Shown here: piece by piece, positions 23,950 through 37,949 of the stretch | Layout of the letters: each line of letters begins with the position of its first letter | How positions within the stretch are numbered: position 1 is the stretch's first letter | Origin: Phoronis australis | Taxonomy: Eukaryota; Animalia; Phoronida | Reading direction: 5' to 3' | NCBI GenBank assembly: GCA_002633005.1 | Contig: NMRA01000908.1 | Span: forward strand, 20,839 to 84,838 | DNA length: 64,000 nt | Notes under the pieces: generated by a model | Seen by the model: only the letters and a program-made list of their open reading frames with translations | Databases searched by the model: none | Told to the model about the DNA's origin: nothing | Translations under genes and position numbers: made by a program

Positions 23950-26860
23950 AGTGGCATTGAACGTGAAAAACAGTATAAAATATCAGAGTAAACGTTCCTC
24001 ATCTTGTATGAAACCTGTAGCATGTCTTGGCGTACACGTTCTTTTGTAGGTTTCATAAATGTAGTGAGTTTTAGATGAGTTTGGAGTATTTTTCTTTACG
24101 TTTGAAAGTTGACCAAAGAGACACGCCTTCGTGCTCATCAAGTCCGACATAACAGAAAAAATGCATTGCGGTGCCTCATCTGGTCATGGCCTGATGACCT
24201 CAGAGAGGTGAAAGGTCGCCGAAAGCAAAACAGTGATGGCTGATTTCGAAAGTAGGCTCAAAGAAGTACCATTTCTGAATTAAGTTATCGATTTATTTGT
24301 TTTTTTATGCTCTCCCAAGTATGACGTAATCTAGTTTATGCGTAGGATTTCATTTATGTGCATTTCTAACGGAAAACGTTCGATTCATGTCTTATTGTTT
24401 AGTGAGAGAAAATCTCCTGGTTCACCGATCGGCGTTTGGTCACCATTATAGACTGATGACCGCGTTATCTATAATCTATGGTCAACATGAACACAAATAT
24501 TTTGCTATAAACATTTCAATGCATAGTGACTGTACGTACGATTCATAACTACAAGGTATCTCGGGGGTGATTGTTACTATATGACGACTGCGTATTCACC
24601 GTTTAGTAAGTGGCCGAGTAGTGCAAATTCAATTAACTAAATCCCCAGCTGTTTGTGGTGGGAAGAAAATGTAGAGTGAAATTCCTCTAAAAGCCTTCAT
24701 TAGAGCTTCCTGTTTACAGATCTAAAAATCCCCCGAAACTTCTGACCCAGGGTTTTTTTGAATTCTGGGGCCAAGTGTACTCAGTGAGCCCAAAGTTCAT
24801 GTAGTCGGTGCACTTTAGGGTTCAAATGGCCATGTTTACATTGACCAACTGCAATGACTTCACCGACTTTTTAATTACATTAAATCTATGCCATGATAAA
24901 CACAATGTTATTGACAGTAATTCTAAAAAATTACAATTTGCTTCGCAGACTCAGTGATTTTTTAAACAAAAAATGGGAGGATTAACTTTCTAATGCTAAG
25001 TTTTGATATCTATTTGGACCTAAAACACAGTTTGCATGTATCTGCTAATATCTTAAAAGCTGTTAACTCCAGTCATCTGATACTTTACATTATCATCGCA
25101 TGGAAAGATGTGATTATGTTAAGTCAAAGATACATCTGTTCCAACGACTGGTGATAAATATATAATTGACCCAATTGTTCACCCAGTTATAAATTGCAAA
25201 ATGCATCATGATAAACATTCAGTCCCAACAGCTTTCAAAACGTTTTATTTCATTGAGCATTATCATGATCAAAATAATTATGATTTTCTTTGACTATAAC
25301 TACAAGCACTTAAAAATTTAGGGGTTTGCTCAAATCCGTGGTTTGCAATCAACTTTTGTTTTATTTAGCTGACCTCCACTTTTACATCTGACTACAATGA
25401 AAAATCAATGGACTCATGGAAGGATACAATGTTACATAATGCAAGAAATATGAAGTCATGCCATTTGAGTAACATAACTGTGTTGAGAAAGAAAAGGACA
25501 GAATTAATATACACATCTTTGGACAAAGGGAATGATAAATTGCACCCAATTTCCAGCAAATTGGCCCCAGTAAACACATTAGAAATTGCAGCAACATCAA
25601 CAGAAAATATTTTTTCTACTGCCCACGGTGCATCTAATTATCACTCCAAACGAGAAAATATCAGATAGTCGAGATACTGCCATATTTCACAGGATTATTC
25701 ATTGGCTCCAACATCAGCTGTTGCATAGTTTCAATTGCACAGAACTTTTCTAACACTTCAGGTGTGGTTAGGGAACAAAGAGCTGTCAAAAGTGATTAAC
25801 TCGAACCAGTGTTCAGTCTACCATTGCATCAAAAAGCTATTAGCATCGATAAGTGACAACCTGCGCCCACCTATCGATGGGGTAAAACGTGAAAAGAGCT
25901 TAGACCAACAGACTGGGGCTGAAAACTCGCTAATGGAATGCTGTCGCAAACAGAATTTTACTCACATTACCAGTCCTGTTTGAAGCATTTGGTCCAGCCT
26001 CAGTGACCCTATCTTTACGTGGTCTGCCAGCTTATGCATCTCGTCAAGTTGACGTACAGGTACTAATACTAAACACGTGAAAAACAATTCAAAAACTCTA
26101 CTTCAGAAGAGCAATTATGATTTGTAAAAAAACAGAACATCCTATAGTCAAGAATCTATGTCATGATACATCTTGAAGAAATTGGAAGCCATAAAACTTT
26201 ACACAGATTTTCATGTGGTTATCATTTGTCTAATGACGTAAAATAAGATGTGACGGTAACTGTTGAACAAAATTCCAGTTTGTTCTAGTAGTGAGATTTT
26301 ACGAATATAAGATGGTATAAATATGTCCCTTCCGTATTTGGTAAAAAATCTCCTTATTCTCAGAAAAGAATAAATGCAATGACCAAATGACCAGGTGTGA
26401 CACCTTTCAGAGAAGGTGGTAGAGAGTGTTGAGCCTTTAACAGAAGAAGAAATCCTAACATCGCTGACATTCTTTACAAGACACATTGATGAGATTTGAA
26501 AGGGAAAGTAGGGTGTCATAAAAACAATAAATTTGCTATCGTCCACAACTGAGTGTGCATCAGCTGCATTATGAATCCAGTGGACACCACGGAAACTTGT
26601 GGAAAACGTCATAGTCTCCATCGCGGTACCTGATGCTATCTCTTGCAACTTCCTCCCCACCAAACTCTTCATCTCCAAATCCAACATCGCTAATATCCAC
26701 ATCATAAAGGATACTTTCTGGACTGCATGATGATCTTGCCCAGTAGAATTTCAAAAAGGACTTAACAGCTAGACTCTGTAACACAGTTGAACTACTAAGT
26801 AATAGGACTCGTATTATGTGCACCGGAGAACAGATAAATACAGTTCGTTCAGAATTCAAA
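23950..26860 (-). mobile_element. Highly decayed Kolobok-like transposase remnants
   Basis: TTAA|AG terminus-like site at 23946-23951. Minus-strand fragments DDSKFIVF..VKGSTLS..CHTW (26390-26550), AAISNVFTGAN..LSK..Y..W and IDFSL*..EV (25370-25600) resemble Kolobok transposase segments. Many stops. Confidence 0.45.
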
Positions 26861-27330
26861 TGTTTTATGTATATAACGCTTGATGACGCCTTACGATGCC
26901 TTCTTTAGTCAGTTTGGGGGACCTAATGGTTACTAGTGTCCTGTCAGGGCCTCAAACCCGAGATTCATTACTGGCCATGCTCTAAGCTATTAAGACCAAT
27001 AGTCAGTAGAAGGTATATTTCCACTATATACATTAACATTGTCAGCATTGAACAATAATGATGAATGTGTATAAAAGATTGGATAACTCATAATTCAAAT
27101 GTGTACGCAATGAATATGTTGCATCTACAGTCATCTTCCATGTAATCGCATGCTATGTCCTCAGAAATATCAGTCGTTAGCCAGTAATATAGAAAATAAA
27201 AAAATAAGCGTTTCTCTTGCTTAAACTGTTTAGCATTGGTCAGTCTGTATTCATTGGATAACAGCACATATCGTCTAACCACAATTATGGTATGATATAT
27301 CGAAATCGAACCGTGCACGTCATGGTCTCT

Positions 27331-28571
27331 ATACTTAGAACTCAGAAAACAGACTTAGGAAATCCTATCCAGAGCACACATTGATGACTTGATGTGAAAT
27401 AAAATGCCACCACAAATTTTATAGATTGTGTATGCTACTGATACAAACTTCTGAAAATCTCAACGATTTCAGTGTTGCCTTCGCATATAAACTTTTGATA
27501 CAGCAATCAACTTCAAAAAAGAAACAAATCGTCAAATTCGGTGTCAAGAAATCTAGCTGCAAAAGCAATCAGTGAATTCAACTCTGCCCACACTGTATTC
27601 GAATAAGTTAGGAATATCAACTTGTCACGTTTAAAACACAAATATGACAATATTAGTCGCAGGATGACCTATAAGACCACACCTAGTAGGGGGTACTTAC
27701 TCAAAAGGGTCATCAAAACCGCTGCCCATCTGCTTTCTGATGCATCTACTTTTAGGTACACCTCTGCAAATCACAAATATATACAATGCATGTATACAAA
27801 GTATGCGAAATTCAGTCATGCTTAGAAGATAAACGTGTGCACACCATTCCTGACAATAAAAACAAAAGAAAACACAATTGCAGGCGGTCCGATACACGTT
27901 GCACCAGACGTGCGCAGGCCTCGCATGTGGGCCCANTGAACGCTATGAGATCTGGCCCACCGACTAATACTTAGAACTCAGAAAACAGACTTAAGAAATC
28001 CTATCCAGAGCACACATTGATGACTTGATGTGAAATAAAATGCCACCACAAATTTTATAGATTGTGTATGCTACTGATACAAACTTCTCAAAATCTCAAC
28101 GATTTCAGTGTTGCCTTCGAATATAAACTTTTGATACAGCAATCAACTTCAAAAAAGAAACAAATCGTCAAATTCGGTGTCGAGAAATCTAGCTGCAAAA
28201 GCAATCAGTGAATTCAACTCTGCCCACACTGTATTCAAATAAGTTAGGAATATCAACTTGTCACGTTTAAAACACAAATATGACAATATTAGTCGCAGGA
28301 TGACCTATAAGACCACACCTAGTAGGGGGTACTTACTCAAAAGGGTCATCAAAACCGCTGCCCATCTGCTTTCTGATGCATCTACTTTTAGGTACACCTC
28401 TGCAAATCACAAATATATACAATGCATGTATACAAAGTATGCGAAATTCAGTCATGCTTAGAAGATAAACGTGTGCACACCATTCCTGACAATAAAAACA
28501 AAAGAAAACACAATTGCAGGCGGTCCGATACACGTTGCACCAGACGTGCGCAGGCCTCGCATGTGGGCCCA
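27331..28571. repeat. Near-identical tandem duplication (period 636 bp) with a single N near the junction
   Basis: Identical ORFs at 27622 and 28258; atacttagaactcag at 27331 and about 27967; N at 27936. Confidence 0.9.
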
Positions 28572-28739
28572 TTGCACTGATCACCTGGAACTATTTCTAT
28601 GCTTTATTAATATATGGTTAAAACCGAGCTGAGGAGCTAGAAATCTGGCTCAAGGGTTTAGCAGTGTGACCTGGTGGGACTCGAACCCACGACCTCGTGT
28701 TAAGAAAGCGGGCACTTATCAACCAGGCCACACTGCCTC
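28500..28739 (-). mobile_element. tRNA-derived SINE
   Basis: Minus-strand head gaggcagtgTGGCCTGGTTGataag..GGTTCGAGTCCcacc (A-box-like and B-box), followed by ..cccttgagc..; no complete tRNA cloverleaf. Confidence 0.75.
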
Positions 28740-28885
28740 CTCATTCCTGACAATACCAGACATGTAGAAAAAATTTATGGAAATATATCATGCATATTAT
28801 ATGCACAAAATATTTCACAATTCAATATCAGTTACAGCACTGATTTGTTGTCAGCACTGACTAGTTCTCTCAGATTTTAAAGATC

Positions 28886-29133
28886 AGGGGCCCTTTCCAA
28901 CAGAAATGACTTAGCTAAGAGAAATTTCAAATTTTAGTAAACTTTAAAATAAATTTAAATTTGTCTCAAAACCAATTCATGAAAGAGATCGTTAGATTTA
29001 CTTAAGTGTTTGACTTAAGTTTTGTCTTTATTTTGACTAACTTACCAAAATTGAAAGTTTCAAAGATTCGGAGTTAAAACAAATCTTAAACTTACGTCAA
29101 AAACAAACTTGTCAGTTTCTTTGAACAGACCCC
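28886..29133. mobile_element. ~250-bp MITE (Harbinger-like)
   Basis: Imperfect TIRs gggggccctttccaacagaaatgac / gtcagtttctttgaacagacccc, with cag flanks. Confidence 0.5.
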
Positions 29134-32100
29134 AGTACTTTCACATCACCCTGGCAATAAATGACCTCGATACATACACCTCAAAGCTTCGTTATCACAG
29201 GCAAAATCACTTGACATAGCATTGATTCCAGAAAGCTCAAGCCCACTGAAAATACACCATTACCATAATCACATTTAAGTAATAACGAAAGTTACCTTGA
29301 GTTCAACATTTGTCAGCAACTACACAAGGGTAACAGACAGTCATACGTACAAACTTTGAGTCATACCCTTGAACTTCAAGTCTTACACAGGAACTTCAAG
29401 TCATACACACAAAACACTGCCTCATTCGAAAGAACATTTTATTCATACATACGAACCACACCATGATGTGTAAAAATAAAAAGTCATACTCATGAACTAT
29501 CAAATCAAGCATACGAACAAAAATCCGGCATTCAAATAACATGAAAGAAATAGTTCTCGTATAGATACATTTACTGTTGCCATTTTGCTTAGTGCTGTGC
29601 TCGTTGGGAACAGAATGATGACCATCATCGATAGAAAATATTTACACTTGTGACTTTTGTTCACCCACCTGGATTTATTTTATACTAACAGCTAGTGGGA
29701 AACGCCGAGGGAAATACATGTAGTTACTCCTAGGAGTGAACATTAATGTTCATTGCAAGAGACTGTAATACTTCTTAAAGGCCCGTGTTCAAACCTTGAA
29801 GCAGAATTTCAGTCACTGTCAGGTTTTAGTAGGCAAGGTGTGCAGCTGCGGGATTCTTTCCCCAGGCATTACAAATTTCTTTCCAGAACATTTGACCCTG
29901 CCGTAACACAAAGTACAGTGAAAACTACGAATGCATTTCAAATACTGTATAGTACACATAATATATTTATGTATTTACAAAAGATGCATCATCAATGTAC
30001 ATACTGACGGGTAGAAAGCCAGCTAGCTGTATGAAAACTATCGTCAACATACAGCTAGGTAGCTGTGTGTAGAGCCCCGTTCAACACCGAAATTTCACAC
30101 AACCCCGGTGCTCAGCTTGTCACCTCGTCGTGAAATTCAGAGTTAACAACCTACAGGGGCGCATGCAGAATCTGGGAATGAACCGACATTCACCTTGCCC
30201 GTTACAGCCGTTTATAGAAGTAAAAAGACAATCTACATGTAATAAATGTATTTTTTGTAATTCTCCGCCTTTTGTAACAAAGGAAAATCTTTGGTCGTTT
30301 TGAAAACAGTGCATACTTGTGACACGCGCACGTACATGTACGCGCCATTTCCGAAAAAATGTGACATCTCTCGAGAGTTTTTTCTGAAATTCGGTTTTCT
30401 GATAATAAAATAGTAAAAACTTGTAATGAATCGTAGACGGATTTAGGGTGGGGCCAGCCCCCCTTGGCTACCGCAAAAAAATAAAACAGCAAGAGCGTAG
30501 AGAAATGTTGAGTTTAATAAATAACCCCGGTATTAAAATTATACGGATGAAACAAGATTTAAATGTGTGCAGTTTTAGTGTTTGGAGGGGGGGGGGGGGG
30601 GCNAATTCGGAACACGGCGCATTCGTAACGGAACTATGGCTAAGTATAGGCTCTCCCGCGATATCCCAGGCGACCGGCATTGGCGCTGCGCAGTACGACT
30701 CTGTTTCTGTCTTCTGCTCCACTGTGCAATGAACAAAATTTACTTCATTTTTTAAAGAAAAAGGAACCTGAGTGACGATAAAAAACGGAAGCTGCTGGTA
30801 AGATGTGAATTTTAATCGAAGCCTTAGTGAATCACTCAGAAACTCATAATTCTCTCTTTATCAAACCTTTACTTAAGACGATTTCCAAAGCAATTCCGTC
30901 ATTATTGCCAACACGAAAAACGGAATTGGTCTTTTGGGCATTTGAAGACTATTTTAAATACAACAAATTTGTTAAGAACCGATTGCACAAAATATAAAAC
31001 GTATAATAAGCATTACGAAAAGAAGTAGGTTTCGCGCGCAAACGCTGTGGACCATAAACGAGTAGGTGTCTTAGTATGAGCTTAGTAGTCAAATCGTGGT
31101 GGGGTAGTGGTAATACACGCACGCTCTAGCCTCTAGGTCGTGAGCTCAAGTCTGTGGTACTTGCGGTTTTCCTGATTGACATGTTCTCCGTGTTTTCTTG
31201 CCTTTTTTCTTGAATAATACTTCAGGAATCGAGGAAAATGCTTGATTTTTTACAGGCAAAAGCAGAAAAATTTCCTTGGCGGGAGGGGGGTGTATCCGGT
31301 GCTGTACTCATCTACAATCGTGGTTGGCGCAAATGCTTACAGCCGAACAAAATGTTGCCCCCCTTGTGATATCCTAGATCCACTGTGAAATGAAACCACT
31401 TGCGATTGTTATGTCATGTACGCAACCTCACAGTTGATTGAATAACATGGAAATTGGCCAATAGGTGACGCAATGGCGCCAAAGAGCGCATCGCAAATTC
31501 AGCAAAAAATACCGGTAACTGAAGAACGCCGATTTTCCAACACACGCGTAAATAATTTTGTTTACTCAAGGGAGAGTAAGAATTTTTTAATGAGGTATCA
31601 TTGATGGCGACAGGCCCGATGAATTATGTACGCGACAGAAGCCGGAGGGAGTGAAGTTAATCCGATGGAGTGACGTCACCCAGGCCATTTAGCCGACGAG
31701 CTGAAGTCACCAAGGCCAGTACAATACTGGCCACCCGCCCTCCGCATTCGCAAAAAACGGCCCGCGAGACTAAAATAGGACACCTCGAATCCAAATAGGT
31801 GGCCGGTGGAATACCTGGGATCAAGGTGGTGCCGAAACGGGCGGGGGAGACGGAGTTTGTGCAAACGATGCATTTTACATGATAGATATAATATAATAGT
31901 TATGGTTCTTTGGTTTACATGCATGAGTTTTTGTTCATACATTTGATATGGTTTGTACCTACGATTCAAGTGTCACTACGAATGAGGAAGTGGTTAGTAT
32001 ATATGATTCAAAATTTGTACGTTTGATATCCTTGTTCGCCCTGAACAGGCGTATTTCAATCGGATGATATAACCTAGGACATACTTTGTAATTTAGAAGC

Positions 32101-33685
32101 TCATATTAGTCAGAGACATAGTCAAATGAGATAGTTACTATAACATTTAAGACTCTCAACAGCCCATATTCCTAAAACACTGTCAGCAAGTAATTTAGTA
32201 ATGTAATGTATAAGTATTCATCGTGAATAACACATTCATACCTGAGTATTAATGTTAATAGATGCACACCACTACATGTAGGTTTTGACGAGACTAGTTT
32301 TGAGGTAACAGGCTTCTCAAAATCAAGCAAAGTCATGCATTGCATCAGTAAAGATAACACCAACAAAAATTTTGATTATAAGTAAGCTACTTTTCAACAT
32401 AATAATTCTCCAAAATCCACTCGGGCTCTAGATAACGGGGGATAACGACTTCGCCATGTAATAATCTATATTTATTTTCATCAATATTCAATATCGTGAC
32501 ACATATCTTAACCTACTATTCTGTGCAATTCAAGAGTTTCATTAAAGTTTAGTCACGCCGATGTTTCTTGTTGACTGATAAAGGCACTCAAAATTCCCGT
32601 TGGACTCATTTCCAGCGGCACCAACATCATGAAAGGCGTGTTCAACGGGCTATTTTATGATCGGTGAAGATACGCTATAAAGCAGCACATTATTAAGCAA
32701 TTTTCAGATTTTTGTGCTAACACTGTAAGCAATATTCTAACTTTTTCAATGCGAGCGTCCCATTCAGTTGACCAAAAATTGTCTAAAATGATTTAAAATC
32801 GTTTTTTTTTGTTTGGAAGTGAACTTTTAATCAATGTTGTATATTACTTTCAACTTCGGTTGATATCTAAGCAACCAAATGCGCCGAAAGAATCTTAATT
32901 GATTCAAATGAAATGGGTACGTTAAGATTTTAAAGTGCGCGCGCTCCTTAATTTTCGATAAGCATGAGAGAAACTGTTTTTATTGTCACCCACTCGCCTT
33001 GGGGACAGTTATAGTAATGTTTCTAAAGTACATTCTAAGTTAGTTAATGTGTTAAAAGGTTATTAGATCACAATTGCTTAGAGCTTATAACTTAACTATA
33101 TACACGTACACTGAGCTCACTTCAATTTTGGCTTGCTCTAGAACCATGAATTACACGTACCTATTTGTGCTGGATATGAAGATCATGAACATATCAAGAT
33201 TTTTCTGATTATTTGTATTGCGTTTCTGAACAGGTTTCCAACAGAGTACATGTGCAAGACAGGATAGCTTTGGTGCTTATGTGAAACACCTTAGTAAAAT
33301 ATTGTTTTTTTGAAAAGGCACCACTTTGAATACAGGTTATTGGCAACACACAATGTAACAAAACTAGATGAAAAACTCTATCAATGACATTAACTTACTT
33401 TCAGTCTTCCCAAACCAATGAAAACTTTGAAATATAGCATTACACTGTCTGCACCACCACCAATATTATTTACCTAATAACTTGTAAAATTGTTCTATCC
33501 AATACGTAGGACAAACTCAACGTAATCTACAAACTCGGTTTCGTAATTATAGTTTGAACATAACACATAAAAACATTTCTGATAGTATAGGTAATCATTT
33601 CAATTCCAAAAAACATAATTTTCAAGATCTTTCTGTACAAATAATAGAAAATCTCCAATACCCCCAGAACCCCTAACAGACTCAA

Positions 33686-35793
33686 TGTCACGTTTTTCCC
33701 CGTGTGTGGGTGGGCGCAGGTTGTTACAGACCGGTGCTAATAGCTTTCGGTGCGACGATTGACTGAAGACTGGTTCGAGTTAATCCTTTATTAATCCCGA
33801 CCGTACGTTCACAAGCCTACTCAAACAAAACGTCCGACGTAATGTCTGTTTTATGCTCCAGCCAATGCTGCGAAGCCTTGACTTGTGATGAACTTCTGAG
33901 GCACTTTCAGCAACTGTTACACACGTCGATTCAAGAACCTGCTGTCTCTATAGCTGGCTCTCTAATGACTATCGCTGTAACTGCTGATTCTCTTCACTGC
34001 AACTCAACTGTAATTCTCCTGATTAATTTTCTTGAACTGACTTGATCTGACTATCACAAACCCCTGCTTGTGTATTCATAGCCTAATGCATTGTTCTGGA
34101 AATTTTCAACAATATTCAAACACATTCTAGAACTTTCCTAAATCTACCCAATCATTCTAGAAATATATACAATACAGCCACTGAATATTTGGACTTCGTC
34201 CGGGCTACCTCACGCCTGCCAGGCCGGAGCGCAACCGGAACGCAGGCGTGACAGAAATCAGTCACGGTCGCCTCACGCGTACTCTCCGGGTAGTCCTCAC
34301 GCTTACCTCCGGTTTAGTTCACGCTTTCTTCAGGCTTTCCTCACGCCTTCGGTACCTGTGGTCACCATGGTAGGGCACCGGGCTAATCAATGAAAATACA
34401 TGTAACGTCTTGATTGCCTGTCATTATAGTACATGTATATTATAGAGTATCCTTGCAAGCAGTCATCCATCACACTTGGGTTCCGACTAACCTTGTAATT
34501 CCACGTGTTCTTCATACAAACGTCTTCCTTCAGCTCATCTTGATGTTACATTTATATGTACATTGTTTATTTACAACTTAAGAGCCAGTCCAAACAACGA
34601 CATACATGTACAGTAACCACGGTTAGTAAATACGAATATACGCGACCCTGTGTCCAGAGTCGTCTTTACATGGCTGAGGACTCCTTGAAACTTGTCACAG
34701 CTGGATATAGTTAATTTGCCCTAAATATAGCCTACGCATCTTGTGAAGTATTGTGTCACTCCGTAAATTTTTGCACCACACTGGCGTACAGAAAATTTCA
34801 ATAGGCCACCATTCTGACATACCCAACCCTTACTGCAAGCCAATGTTTTGACTAAAAAGTTCTCAATCCGTAGTGCAGTTTAATTATTTGTAGCCCCCTC
34901 CCCGTAGTACATGCGTTTCGACTTAGTTCACAGTATACCCGGGGTACTTCTTCACTAAAATAATAATAGCAATGATCTGTTTGACTCGTCAAATGCATGG
35001 GCACGATCAGTTTTCTCCGCATGAAGCGGAACTTGGGATCAATGTGCTCAGAATTGACATGCTATGTTCCTTCATATCGTGAAGGCAATTGAATATTTCC
35101 GCCATGTACACGCGTGTTAAGATTCTTTATTAGTTTATATAAAAAACATATAATTATGTATAAGTGAAAAGTAGAGTCCACAGGTCTGTTTCCTGAAGTG
35201 ACTTAAGATTTGAGAAGGAAATTTTGGTCTTTTGCTGAACGTGACGACTTCAAAAAATAAACCTCACATGAGCAAAAGTCTATGAGACTACACACATCAC
35301 TGCTAGTTACTGATATAATTTTAATAAATTACTTTTTCATCTGCGATGGAGGTAAACTCACGCCTGGCTCACGGCTGGCTCGCGCTTCGTTCACGCATAA
35401 CTCACGGTAAGCAGTCACGCTTAGGCTCACGCCAGCTGTCACAGTTGATTCACGTCTCACTCTCCGGTCTGTCTCGGGTTACGGTCACGGATGGCTAGAC
35501 CGGAGAGACACCGGAGAGAGTCTAATAATTCAGTGGCTGTACTGTACTAGTCTCTAGAATATTCCAGACTGCATTAATCACTGTCATGCTAGAGTCTTCT
35601 AGAAAGTTCCACACTATACTGCAGGAAACAAACTACACCATCAGTAATGAACTCAGTCTACTAGAAAGTTCCATACTATTCTGTTGTAAAAAAATTACAT
35701 CATCATTGTACTTAACTCAGAGGTCATGCCAATCAAACTGAATTACAAAACAAAACAATACAACTAATAATACTGTCAGATTATATTCTGACA
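33686..35793 (-). mobile_element. Solo LTR with 5-bp TSD CTCAA, containing a nested MITE
   Basis: TGTCA...TGACA termini; ctcaa at 33681-33685 and 35794-35798. The reverse complement starts tgtcagaata like the 16069 LTR; recurrent tctagaa motifs. Confidence 0.85.
34175..35539. mobile_element. 1.37-kb non-autonomous TIR element with TA TSD and TCACG subterminal arrays
   Basis: TIR cagccactgaat / attcagtggctg flanked by TA on both sides; dense (c/t)tcacg motifs at 34208-34350 and 35355-35490. Confidence 0.82.
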
Positions 35794-36282
35794 CTCAAAA
35801 GAGAACAATTTTGGATAGATAAACTCAATACACTTAAACCTAGTGGATTAAAGGCAAAGGCAACCTTTTTCATGTCTTTTTTAGCAAAAATAAGGTTCGT
35901 TGGTTATCCCAGACATATTTTACACTTAATTAAAATTTTTCGTAATTTAATTAATTACTCGTCCTCTACTCCGGAACTGACGTTTTGGGAGTCAAGAATT
36001 TCGCGCCAATTTGGTTCTGCGTTGAGTTTAGTGTGAGGATCTGTAATACTTTTGTTTTCGAGCTGTTTTTCTAAAATTGTCGTCACCACTTCCCATCCAC
36101 GAGTTTTCTACGACTTACTAGGCTGTTAGAGAACCCAATTACATTGGATTTAGAGATTCTTTAGTTTGTATTAATCTGAAAATGACTGGAGTCGGCGACC
36201 CATTTCACATTGACAGTAGTGACGTGAGTAACGGAGACATTGTTCATATAGCCGTGCTGACGAGGAATTTTTTCACGGACAG

Positions 36283-36900
36283 TCAATGGGTGGGTATACT
36301 TTGTGTGTTTGAGTCCGAGTATAATGAGGCAGAGTATACACAGGCACAACTGTCCCACGTGCCCCAGTGTCCCGCAATACACTCCCAGTGAGCACCCAAA
36401 ATGCTTACATCTCGCAGTGTGACTCCGTTGCCACACACCTGGCACTTTCGAAATAGCTCCAATACTTTAGACAAGTCCACAATAAACTTATCAAAGTTTG
36501 GCTCACCGATCTGTTCGTTTGACGCCGAACTGTCCTCTACACTGGGTGTCAAACTGGGGCTGTATTCACTCCCACAACTCAAAATCGCTGCAGGGTTGCT
36601 CACAGGCTCTGTGTTAGAAACAACAGCACAGGGCGAATCACTGCTAGGTCCCAGAATTGCACGCTCTGTACCTTCGGAGGCAAGGGTGACCGGAGATGAG
36701 GTGCCTCCAATCACTGTTGTGGCCATAGATCGCGAGGCTTCTCGCTTCAAAAGACCCAAGATTCCATACGTTTGTCAGGAAGGATCGTATCTAAGTATTG
36801 AGATGCTGTCTGGATTTTATTTCTGCCTTATATGCTCCAAAATTACGGAAGCTTTTTAACGTGACTCGTCAATTGTTTCGATCCAGTGCCCGACTCCAGC
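36283..36900 (-). mobile_element. Kolobok-like transposase N-terminal remnant
   Basis: Ser-rich linker followed by KFIVDLSKVLELFRKCQVCG..HWECIAGHWGTWDS (CxxC..C..GH..W zinc motif, as recalled for Kolobok transposases). Truncated before any catalytic region. Confidence 0.6.
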
Positions 36901-37949
36901 GTCACTACCCTCAATCTATTTACATTTCACTTTCTACTATTGGGCATTGACATACATGTATATGTGGATAGCATGCATTGCCGATTTTGTAAGAGAATAA
37001 AGTGATGATAATAATCTTGCTCATTCATTATCTCAGACACGACCAGTGTGCACTTGACAACCCCGTTCTCAGCAACGATACAACACAATACACTGTTTTT
37101 GTCCATCAGTGCATTTACACGTTGGAAAAAAAATTATCAAATCACAACGGTACCTCGATTCTTCAATATGGACTGAGCAAAGTGTGGCCACTGAAAACAT
37201 CGATTGCTCCACAGTGTACTGCCATACCTGTGTCCGACGCACGAACCTGTGCCATTTCTGGGCGAGCTTAGGGTTATTATGAGACACCAAAAATGGAATA
37301 TTGCGATTACTGCATACTTTGCGCACGCACTTTGCTATAATACTCGTCTCAGGCAATATTCATCTCTTTTCGAGACCACTCCACCTCATGGGTGGACTTT
37401 CACTGATGACGTCACACGAAGTTTTTAAATTACATTTTTGTGTTTATTTCTTGATTACAAGTATAGAAAGTGAAACAATACATAAAATACCATACCAAAA
37501 TTGTTGGTAAACGAATTCAAGCATTTTGACCATGGCGTGAAGGGTTTAAACTGTTTAGTTGCTGGCTTGACTTTAACTCAGTCACGTAAGAGTTTTGTCT
37601 GAGAATGTTCTAAGATGGTGTCAAGTCACTGTATTGTTAATGAGAACCCGTCACTGTTACCTTGTCGCCATGGTTTTTAAAAATTATGCATCGGTGAGTT
37701 ATTGGGTTTGAAAGTGAAAAATGGCGGTCTACTTAGGAATAAATGATGTCATATAGTTGATGGAAATCAACCTGAAATTAACGTTGGTCATTTCCGTCAG
37801 TTCTGTTGTGTGCAAAAGTCAAGTAGGTGCTTTGGCGATTTTCTCTGTTATTTGTTATTTGCAAGTATGATAATTACCCGCAGCAGCCGAGTGTCTGTCA
37901 CAATTAGCGTGATGAGCAGCCTTAAAGAGATCAAGAGAACTGCTTCAGA

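Larger units (their letters stand above)
33335..35870 (+). mobile_element. Neptune-like Penelope retroelement 3' remnant (GIY-YIG), split by a solo LTR
   Basis: 33460-33685 translates (with frameshifts) to NIIYLITCK..IQYVGQTQRNLQTRFR..IGNHFNSKKH..LSVQIIE and resumes at about 35798 as KREQFWIDKLNTLKPSGL. Confidence 0.8.

Noticed and set aside
28660-28739. tRNA gene
   Set aside because: Has A/B boxes but no proper acceptor stem or cloverleaf and continues into a SINE-like body.
31090-31160. Second tRNA-like/SINE head
   Set aside because: B box is degenerate and there is no recognisable body; too weak to call.
30300-31900. GC-richer patch near the midpoint of the inverted duplication as a shared enhancer or symmetry centre
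   Set aside because: No internal symmetry or identifiable motif cluster; looks like mixed TE fragments.
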